A stretch of DNA of 10,379 nt from Octopus sinensis (Eukaryota): contig NW_021827289.1 of assembly GCF_006345805.1 (NCBI RefSeq), forward strand, positions 1 through 10,379, read 5' to 3'. Positions 1-7,815 of the stretch are shown piece by piece; position 1 is the first letter of the stretch; each line of letters begins with the position of its first letter. The position numbers and the translations under genes were made by a program. The notes beneath the pieces are model-generated. The model was not told where the DNA came from, did no database searches, and saw only the letters and a list, made by a program, of their open reading frames with translations.

Positions 1-63
1 ATGTATGTAATTATGTATGTATGTATTTATGTATGTGTGTGTATGTACAAGTATATACATAAG

Positions 64-95
<32 letters not shown>

Positions 96-117
96 ATATA
101 TATATTATATATATATT
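1..117. repeat. Compound microsatellite (TATG)n/(TG)n/(CA)n/(TA)n
   Basis: Simple repeats visible directly. Confidence 0.9.
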
Positions 118-127
118 CTTTAATATA

Positions 128-454
128 TTTACGTGTTTCAGTCATTTGACTGCGGCAATGGTGGAGCACTGCCTTTAGTCGAGCAAATCGACTCCAGGAC
201 TTATTCCTTCGTTATTCTATCGGTCTCTTCTGCCGAACCGCTAGATTACGGGGACGTAAAAACACCATCATCGGTTGTCAAGCGATGTTGGGGGACAAAC
301 GCCACATACACATACGAGTTATATATACGACGTGCTTCTTGGAGTTTCCGTCTACCAAATCCACTCACGAGGCTTGCCCAAGGTGCCACGCACTGGCACT
401 GAACCCGGAACCATGGTGTTGGCAAGCGAGCAACTTACCACACAGCCACTGCCT
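128..454 (-). mobile_element. tRNA-derived SINE, family A, near full length with two internal deletions
   Basis: On the minus strand: Pol III A-box-like TGGCTGTGTGG (448-438), B-box-like GGTTCAGTGCC (405-395), CCTTGGGCAAG motif and 3' end GCAGTCAAATGACTGAAACA. Colinear with the copy at 6143-6588. Confidence 0.9.
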
Positions 455-461
455 TTATGCA

Positions 462-510
<49 letters not shown>

Positions 511-570
511 GCACACACACATAAGTATATGACTATATGATGAGTCTCTCTCTCTCTCTCTCTTTCTCTC
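462..570. repeat. (TG)n/(TA)n followed by (CT)n microsatellites
   Basis: (TA)n at about 470-507 and (CT)n at about 544-570. Confidence 0.9.
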
Positions 571-797
571 TGTTTATACACACACATACACACATATAGA
601 TGTACATATATTTATGTTAAACGTATTTATACATATAATAATGTGTGCATGTGCGTACGATGTGTGTGTATATTCTATTTTCATTTTCCCGTCTAGTTTC
701 TTATTTTTCTATATAAATCTCGGCAATTAGATCATGTATACCAACATTCAACTATACGCACGTGCATTCATTGATATGTGCACACATACGCACACAG

Positions 798-853
798 AGG
801 CGGTGCCACAGTGTGGCCGCAGTCTAATGACTGGACCATGTAAAAGATGAAAG
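798..853 (+). mobile_element. Family A SINE 3'-terminal fragment
   Basis: AGGCGGTGCCACAGTGTGGCCGCAGTCTAATGACTG...GTAAAAGATGAAAG matches the 3' end of the copy at 6687-6742. Confidence 0.8.
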
Positions 854-870
854 AAATAGGGCAAAAAATA

Positions 871-995
871 TACAGTAATCCATAAACCTCCCGCAATAGG
901 TAAAAATCCGCGAAGTAGAAACAGTGCTGTACTGAATTTTTTTTTTGTTTTTATAATTTATTTATGTCTTACCGCGATAAGTGAACCGCGATATG
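871..995. mobile_element. Probable truncated Tc1/mariner (pogo/Tigger-like) non-autonomous DNA transposon (MITE) remnant
   Basis: Begins TA|CAGTAATCC, matching the TA target plus CAGT terminus of pogo/Tigger elements. Four CCGCRA motifs (891, 908, 972, 986) sit in AT-rich DNA. No convincing right TIR. Confidence 0.5.
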
Positions 996-1138
996 TTGCT
1001 TAATATGGCTACATTGTAAAAAAGCCAAAATTACTGCGGTATTTGTTTCGAGAAAGCATTTCGTATGGAGGCATTTCAGTTATAAACGAGATGCCTTATC
1101 AAGACGAATACCACACTGTTTGTTGTTTATATATTTAT

Positions 1139-1407
1139 GTGAAGGCACATGGCTCAATGGTTAGAGCATCAGACACACAATCACGAGGTAATGAGTTCGA
1201 TTCCCGGACCAGGCTGTGTGTTGTATTCTTGAGCAAGACACTTTATTTCATGTTGCTCCAGTTCACTCAGCTGTAGAAATGACATCACTGGTGCCATTAG
1301 TGGCTGGTCTTCCAAAAAATATTAAAAAAACAACCTTGCCCGGACTCCTGTCTCGGAGGGGAAATTTTTAGGTTCAATCCCATGGTCATCCTTAACCGAA
1401 GAGGGTC
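1139..1407 (+). mobile_element. tRNA-derived SINE, family B, with a CORE-like central segment
   Basis: A box TGGCTCAATGG (1150-1160) and B box AGTTCGATTCC (1194-1204). These are followed by CTTGAGCAAGACACTT...CTCAGCTGTAGAAATG, which resembles the CORE-SINE core. The 3' boundary is approximate. Confidence 0.8.
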
Positions 1408-1409
1408 AA

Positions 1410-1462
1410 GTTTGTTTGTTTGTTTGTTCGTTTGTATGTATGTTTGGATGGATGGATGGATG
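1410..1462. repeat. (GTTT)n/(GTAT)n/(GGAT)n tetranucleotide array
   Basis: Visible directly. Confidence 0.85.
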
Positions 1463-1463
1463 C

Positions 1464-1663
1464 GTTTGTGTTCCCTACCGTTGCTTTAAATACGCTGTTG
1501 GTTTGTTTACATCGCCATAACAGTTCGATAACAGAATAAATGCTAGTCATTTAAAATAATAATAAGTACTGCTGTCGATTTGTTCGAATAAAAATTTTAA
1601 AGGCGTTGCTCCAGCATGACCGTTCTCCAAAGACTAAGGCAAGTAACAGACAAAACGTAAAAG
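1464..1663 (+). mobile_element. Family A SINE 3' half, degenerate older variant
   Basis: TGTTGGTTTGTTTACAT...AATAAGTACTGCTGTCGATTTGTTCGA...AAAGGCGTTGCTCCAGCATGACC aligns with the reverse complement of 6153-6345. Confidence 0.75.
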
Positions 1664-1834
1664 TTAAACGATAAGTATGCGCCGTCAAACATCACCTAGG
1701 ATTAAAACAAATAACCTCAACAATAACAACATCAATAACACCGGGGTTAGAAATTCCTAAACCACGCTTACTGAAACCGCTACCTTCCAACTCGACTAAT
1801 CGTGTTTGTCTATATTTGAGTAAGTGACTTAAAC

Positions 1835-1926
1835 TTCTCTCTCTCTCTCACTCTATTTCTCTTTCTTTCTTTCTTTCTTTCACTCTCTGTTAATCTGTCT
1901 CTCTCTGTCTCTCTCTCTCTTTCTCA
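1835..1926. repeat. (CT)n/(CTTT)n polypyrimidine tract
   Basis: Visible directly. Confidence 0.9.
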
Positions 1927-1947
1927 CTGTTTACCTTCGGTTCAAAG

Positions 1948-1982
1948 GTATCATCACACGGCGAGTATATTTGAATCACACG
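1948..1982 (+). other. Candidate 35-nt micro-exon
   Basis: Starts after the first AG (1946-1947) following about 120 AG-free, pyrimidine-rich nt, and ends at the consensus donor CG|GTAAGT (GT at 1983). Open in 2 of 3 frames. Confidence 0.2.
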
Positions 1983-2552
1983 GTAAGTCTGAAAATAACT
2001 TTTAGTTATCCAACATTCAAACTTTCATTGAAGTAGTTTCTGTTCGCTGTCATTTGAAAAACTATATTCTTTGATAATCCAAATGTACATGACGTCTTTC
2101 AAGCTGGCCAACGGAATATTCTGCTCCAGTACTGCTCTTACGCAAGCATTTAGAGACATTCAAAGGGCATATTTGTTCCAATGATAGCATTACTGCTCCA
2201 CTGGGTTTGTTAAACTAAGCAAACAGTTTTCACAGATGAAGTGGAAAGCAACAGTTTGAGAAATATTAACTGCTAACATAAGCGTTAATATTCAAAGAAG
2301 CAAGTAAGCTGTATCAACTTTCTTCTCTCTTCTTTGCCGCTAAATACAAATACACATAGAGAAAATGTATGAACGAACGTATAGCGATATTAGAAGAGGC
2401 ATACAGAAAGAGAGAAAAACGCACACACATACAAGCACCCAGCAATAGTTTTGCTTTTACGTCGTTTAATCCTACAGACGTGTATCTTACAGCGATGATA
2501 ACTACTCAGCTTTGTAATTTGACTAGATCTGAACACTATAGCGCAATGTCTT

Positions 2553-3455
2553 ACACACAACGCACACACGCACACACGCCACGACAAACGCATACCCACA
2601 TACACACAAATACATGCAAACATACACAGACGCATGTTTGTATACGTATATATATGTAATATATATATGTATATATGTATATGTACATATATATGTATAT
2701 ATATATATATATGTAATTATGTATATATATATACATATATATGTATATACATGTATATATATATATATATGAATATATGTATATGTACATATATATATAT
2801 ATATATATGTAGTATGTAGTATATATGAAGTATAACATATATATGTATATATGTACATGTACATATTATGTATATGTATATGTATATATATGTATAATAT
2901 ATATGTAGTTATGTATATCTATATGTATGTATATGTATATGTATTTATATATATATTATATATATATATAATATATATGTACTGTACAATATATATATAT
3001 ATATATATTACACATACCCACACACGGACGCACGGACACACACACAGTTTCACCCACACATTTATAAATATACATATTCTTAGAGATATTGTTTCCTTTA
3101 TATACGTAGATTCATACATACATACATACTTACACACACACGGACACATATATACGTGTGTGTGTGTATCTCTGTATGTGTATGCATAAATGTCTGTATT
3201 TCTATATAGGTGTATTTGTGTACGCATATATATGTATAAATACGCACGGAGACACACGCACACACGCACACATATACACATACATAATCATTTAGATATT
3301 TCAATGTATTTATGCATATATGCATGCGTATCTATATACTTATTCGTTATTTATACATTCGTATATATAAACCAAGCATATATACACGAGAGTGGGCTGT
3401 GTTAATATGCGATTATCAGTATTATATACACAAATACATACGTACATATATACAT
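2553..3455. repeat. Large compound low-complexity block of degenerate (CA)n/(TA)n/(TATG)n
   Basis: Visible directly; densest (TA)-type tract at about 2640-3010. Confidence 0.9.
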
Positions 3456-3456
3456 T

Positions 3457-3528
3457 TCTTCTACTATAGCCTCAGGCCAACCAAAGCCTTGCGACAGGAT
3501 TTGGCAGACGGAAACAGAAAGAAGTCCA

Positions 3529-3532
<4 letters not shown>
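3457..3532 (+). mobile_element. Family A SINE internal fragment ending at the internal microsatellite
   Basis: TCTTCTACTATAGCCTCAGGCCAACCAAAGCCTT...GGATTTGGCAGACGGAAACAGAAAGAAG matches the reverse complement of about 6464-6536. Confidence 0.8.
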
Positions 3533-3588
<56 letters not shown>

Positions 3589-3598
3589 ACATATATAT
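3532..3598. repeat. (TA)n microsatellite
   Basis: Visible directly. Confidence 0.95.
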
Positions 3599-3599
3599 G

Positions 3600-3904
3600 T
3601 TTTTTTTTGTTCTTTCTCGAGCCACGCCTGGCTCATAGGGCCGGTTTCCCGGTTTCTTTGCGTATAGGTTCCCCACCTGGACGGGACGCCGGATCAGTCG
3701 CAGGTGAGCTGCAATATGCAGGCGGAAAGAGTGAGAGAAAGTTGTGGCGAAAGAGTCAGCAGAAGTTCGCCATTACCTTCTGCCGGAGCCGCGTGGAGCT
3801 TAGGTGTTTCGCTCATAAACATACACATCGTCCGGTCTGAGATTCGAACCTGCTATCCCTCGACCGCGAGTCCGCTGCTCTAACCACTAGGCCATGTGCC
3901 TCTA
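3600..3904 (-). mobile_element. tRNA-derived SINE, family C, full length, GC/CpG-rich and probably young
   Basis: On the minus strand: A box TGGCCTAGTGG (3894-3884), B box GGTTCGAATCT (3850-3840), tRNA-like head, 3' stem-loop (3619-3634) and A-rich tail (T run at 3600-3608). Confidence 0.9.
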
Positions 3905-3941
3905 CACACACACACACACACACACCACACACACACACATT

Positions 3942-3976
<35 letters not shown>

Positions 3977-3990
3977 GGAGAGAGAGAGAA
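3904..3990. repeat. (CA)n, (TA)n and (GA)n microsatellites
   Basis: Visible directly. Confidence 0.9.
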
Positions 3991-4682
3991 GTCACTAAAG
4001 TGGCAGAGCGTACTAAGTGGTAACGGAATTGCTGGAAATAAGAGTCAAACCGATTCACTAGCCACAAGAGACCTGACATGACAGATAAACTCCCTTTGCG
4101 GACATTACCATGTTACCCGTGATTTCGAATTTTGATGCAGAGCATCTTTATTCTCATCGGTGGCTCTACGTAAGGAATTCTTCGGTGAAGATTTTGTATA
4201 TTTTAAATAATTGATAGGTAAGTCAGTATGCAGTAAGCTTTATTTACCCCAACGATCGTTTCAGCTAACATATGCACAGCTACCTAGTGACTGGGGTACG
4301 ATATAATTGAATCGAATGCACTCCGCAGTGCAGAAGAAACCTTATCAGGTTACATAATACGTTACTGTTATATTATGTACATTTTGCAATTGTGCGTGGC
4401 AGGATGGTGTTGGCATGATGCGTGCGTTTATTAGTCGTTCACAAATCCATTAATATAAACACATGCATCATACCAACATACAGAAGCAAAATGGATATAT
4501 TATAACACTATAACGTATTACGTATCCTGCTGTGGTTTCTTCTGTCCTGTGGGGTGCATTAGATTGTGTTATATCGCCCCCCATCATGAGGGAGCAGTGT
4601 AGAATAAGCCAAAACGATCGTGCTAAATAAAGCTTACTGTACATTCTGTCTTCTCTACTTCCCTATCAATCATTTAAAATAT

Positions 4683-4688
4683 GTATGT

Positions 4689-4726
<38 letters not shown>

Positions 4727-4743
4727 GTGTGTGTGTGTGGTGT

Positions 4744-4804
<61 letters not shown>
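4683..4804. repeat. Interrupted (TG)n microsatellite, about 120 bp
   Basis: Visible directly. Confidence 0.95.
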
Positions 4805-4807
<3 letters not shown>

Positions 4808-5008
4808 TGCGATTTTGCGTCTGTTTTGTTGCCCTCCACCACTTGAGAACCGGTTATGGTGTATTTATGTTCCCGTAACTTAGCGATTCGGCAAATGTTA
4901 CTGAACAAATGAATAAATATTAGGCTTTAAAAAAAACTGCTTGATGACAGTACCCCAGCATGGCCGCACTCCAGTGACTGAAGCAATCAGAAGAATAAAA
5001 AATAAAAG
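4805..5008 (+). mobile_element. Family A SINE 3' half, older variant with an internal deletion
   Basis: CTTGAGAACCGGTTATGGTGTATTTATGTTCCCGTAACTTAGCGATTCGGCAAA...CCCCAGCATGGCCGCACTCCAGTGACTGAAGCAA matches the other family A 3' halves. Confidence 0.8.
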
Positions 5009-5458
5009 AAAATATATACTCATACATACATGCCTACATACAAACATGCATATATGGACATGAATTATATATATATATGTGTGTACATAAATATATACAT
5101 ACTTATACAAACACATACTCACACACATATAAATACATATATATATGCACCTATAAATGTGTTAATTTATACATATCTACTACAGGCTTCCACTCATGTT
5201 TCGGATACCGAATTCGCAGACAAATAATTGGGCCTTTTATAATTAAAAAGAGATGAGTTCAAAGACAATTTGAATCGGTATATGGTATCGATTTAACTAG
5301 ATAAATGAACGAATGTAGCTAAAATAAAATTTGGTACTTAAAACTTTATAATTAATTAAAATTTCACTGGATGCATGTTGGAAAATATAATGAATAACCT
5401 AGAGCGAGATGCTTGTAACAGCCCAAGGAAATAAGTTAAGGAATTTAAAATTCAAACT

Positions 5459-5622
5459 TGTGAGGGTGAAATGTTTGCTTCCCAACCAAACCACTCGGTG
5501 CCGGGTTCAGTCTGAATGTGTGGCACCTTCGCTAAGTGTCCTCTACTATAACTTCGTCCAACTAAAGAATTTGTGGATAGATTTTGGATTTCGTAGGTGG
5601 AATCTGAAAGGACCCGTCGTAT
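5459..5622 (+). mobile_element. Family A SINE 5' half, degenerate
   Basis: TTGCTTCCCAACC...CCGGGTTCAGTC...GTGGCACCTT...AAGTGTCCTCTACTATA...CTGAAAGGACCCGTCGTAT matches the reverse complement of 6462-6588. Confidence 0.8.
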
Positions 5623-5764
5623 GCATACATACACACACACACACATATATATATATACATACATACATACATACAAACATACATACATACATATATACAT
5701 ACATATATACTTATACACATACACGCGCGCACCCACACAGAATCGCACGCGCACATACACACAC
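5622..5764. repeat. (CA)n/(TA)n/(CATA)n compound microsatellite
   Basis: Visible directly; starts where family A carries its internal microsatellite. Confidence 0.9.
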
Positions 5765-5822
5765 CTATCGGATACAATAATTGAACAGAAGGACGACAAA
5801 GCAACATACGGAAAATGCACAC

Positions 5823-5996
5823 ATGGACATGCTCTGTCCTCGTCAGTTATCGTTCAAAATTCATTACAATTTCACGCCTTTCACGATAATATTGTTCATT
5901 TTGGCGGCGTCAACAGCAGAGGCTGCTGAGAATAATAAGAGAACGCGGAACACAATGACAAAAACAAACAAGACACCTCAGTTGGTACGAATATAG
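5823..5996 (+). CDS. Tentative 57-aa ORF or first coding exon with a signal-peptide-like N-terminus
   Basis: MDMLCPRQLSFKIHYNFTPFTIILFILAASTAEA|AENNKRTRNTMTKTNKTPQLVRI lies in non-repetitive sequence, with a possible donor TTG|GTACGA at 5985. No homology recognised. Confidence 0.2.
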   Translation: MDMLCPRQLSFKIHYNFTPFTIILFILAASTAEAAENNKRTRNTMTKTNKTPQLVRI

Positions 5997-6047
5997 ATAT
6001 ACAAATAAAATAAAGGTTCTACGGCTCTGAGACATAATGTTGGTCAA

Positions 6048-6132
6048 GAACCGGTAAGTTACGGAGATGGAAACAAACCAACAACCGGTGGGGGGTGGAG
6101 ATAAACATACACACGCACACACATACACACAG
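6048..6132 (-). mobile_element. Family A SINE fragment (older variant), from the internal microsatellite to ...GTAACTTACCGGTTC
   Basis: GAACCGGTAAGTTACGGAGATGGAAACAAACCAACAACCGGT parallels 235-300 and 6275-6345. Confidence 0.75.
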
Positions 6133-6142
6133 ATTTTCGTGG

Positions 6143-6373
6143 TACTCTTTACTCTTTTACTTGTTTCAGTCATTTTGACTGTGGCCATGCTGGAGCACCG
6201 CCTTTAGTTGAGCAAATCGACCCCAGGACTTATTTTTTGTAAGCCTAGTACTTATTCTATCGGTCTCTTTTGCCGAACCACTAAGTTACGTGGACATAAA
6301 AACACACAGCATCGGTTTTCAAGCGATGTGGGGAAACAAAACACAGGCCACACAAACATAAACACAAACATAC

Positions 6374-6413
<40 letters not shown>

Positions 6414-6588
6414 TATATATATATATATAATATGTATATATATATATATATATACATGTATATGACGGGCTTCTTTCAGTTTCCGTGTACCAATCCATTC
6501 AGAAGGCTTTGGTCGGCCCGAGGTTATAGTAGAAGACACTTGGCCAAGGTGCCACGCAGTGGGACTGAACCCGGAACCATGTGGTTTG
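6143..6588 (-). mobile_element. Family A SINE, well preserved, with expanded internal (TA)n and missing A-box end
   Basis: Tail TACTCTTTACTCTTTTAC at 6143-6160, B-box-like GGTTCAGTCCC (6571-6561) and internal microsatellite at about 6340-6463. Homology to the 128-454 copy stops at about 6588. Confidence 0.9.
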
Positions 6589-6742
6589 TTTGGCAAAAGA
6601 TATCAATCTGATAAATGGCAGGCTTTGAAAAAAGAAAAAAAGAACATTCAGTACTGTAGTCGGTTTATTCGACTTAAAATTGTTCCAGGCGGTGCCCCAG
6701 CATGGCCGCAGTCTAATAACTGAAGCACGTAAAAGATAAAAG
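6588..6742 (+). mobile_element. Family A SINE 3' fragment (older variant)
   Basis: GTTTGGCAAAAGA...GTCGGTTTATTCGACT...AGGCGGTGCCCCAGCATGGCCGCAGTCTAATAACTGAAGCACGTAAAAGATAAAAG. Confidence 0.8.
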
Positions 6743-7093
6743 TTACGACGAAGGAATCACTGAGATTTGATTTAGAGGGGAAGGGCAACAATGTCTCTAT
6801 CATCGTGTTGTACGAGAAAAATGTGCTTGGAGTATTTACGTCAATGTTGAAATTTCCTGAATCTACGATAGAAACGTCTGAAGTTTGGTATATGAAAATT
6901 TAATTAGTGAAGCTACCTAATTGAATCGCAACCTAAATGTGTGACCATTTGAGGCCTCGTAAACGGGAGAGCATCTTGTAGAATTGGTCGTTGAATATTT
7001 GCTAAGTAGTCTGTCACAGCGGTGTGTCTTGTCACACTGACATCGGTCGTCGTACATTCGATATAATTAATTAGTTCAGTGTCCACATCACCT

Positions 7094-7122
7094 GTGTATG
7101 TGTGGTGTGTATATATATATAT

Positions 7123-7168
<46 letters not shown>

Positions 7169-7280
7169 TTATAATATATATATATATATATATATGTATA
7201 TGTATATATATATATATGTATATATATAATATATATATATATATATATGCTTATATAATATGTATATATATATATGTATA

Positions 7281-7325
<45 letters not shown>

Positions 7326-7352
7326 ATATATATATGTATATATATGTATATA

Positions 7353-7400
<48 letters not shown>

Positions 7401-7489
7401 TGAATGTATATTTACATGCATAATAACATGATAATCATATGTATATGTATATACACACACACATACACACACACACCACACACATATAT

Positions 7490-7528
<39 letters not shown>
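7094..7528. repeat. Very long interrupted (TA)n with (CA)n segments
   Basis: About 280 bp of near-continuous (TA)n at 7110-7390 and a further tract at 7484-7528. Confidence 0.95.
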
Positions 7529-7532
<4 letters not shown>

Positions 7533-7572
7533 TTTACCACGTTAATGTTATTGTTATCTTTGTTGTGGTTAC

Positions 7573-7614
<42 letters not shown>
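7573..7614. repeat. (TGT)14 trinucleotide microsatellite
   Basis: Perfect 42-bp array. Confidence 0.95.
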
Positions 7615-7616
<2 letters not shown>

Positions 7617-7788
7617 TTATTTGAACTGAAAGGTAAATTATTTACCAGAAGTATTTGCAACTTCGAATCATTGACGGTTCGCAAGCTGTAATGAAGAAAT
7701 TCGTTCATGAGTAATTCAATATTGAGAACAGAACCGTAGGTGACTGTAGAAAGAGTATAGTGAAATAGGCTTGGGGAACAGTGTATTC

Positions 7789-7815
7789 AACGTTTCGGAT
7801 AATGTGCTTCTTCAG
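7789..7815 (-). ncRNA. Degenerate minimal type I hammerhead-ribozyme-like core, possibly a Penelope-like element relic
   Basis: Minus strand reads CTGAAGA-AGCACATTATCC-GAAA-CGTT. Stem II pairs only partly and stem I does not pair. Confidence 0.3.

Noticed and set aside
1145-1215. Possible tRNA genes here and at 3830-3900 (minus)
   Set aside because: A and B boxes are present, but acceptor and anticodon stems do not close and the sequence runs on into SINE bodies.
3587-3952. TTACATATATAT on both sides of the family C SINE as a TSD
   Set aside because: Low-complexity sequence, and the right copy is separated from the element head by about 36 bp of (CA)n.
4141-4224. Possible exon from CAG| at 4140 to the donor AG|GTAAGT at about 4219
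   Set aside because: All three frames contain stops and the polypyrimidine tract is weak; a non-coding exon cannot be excluded.
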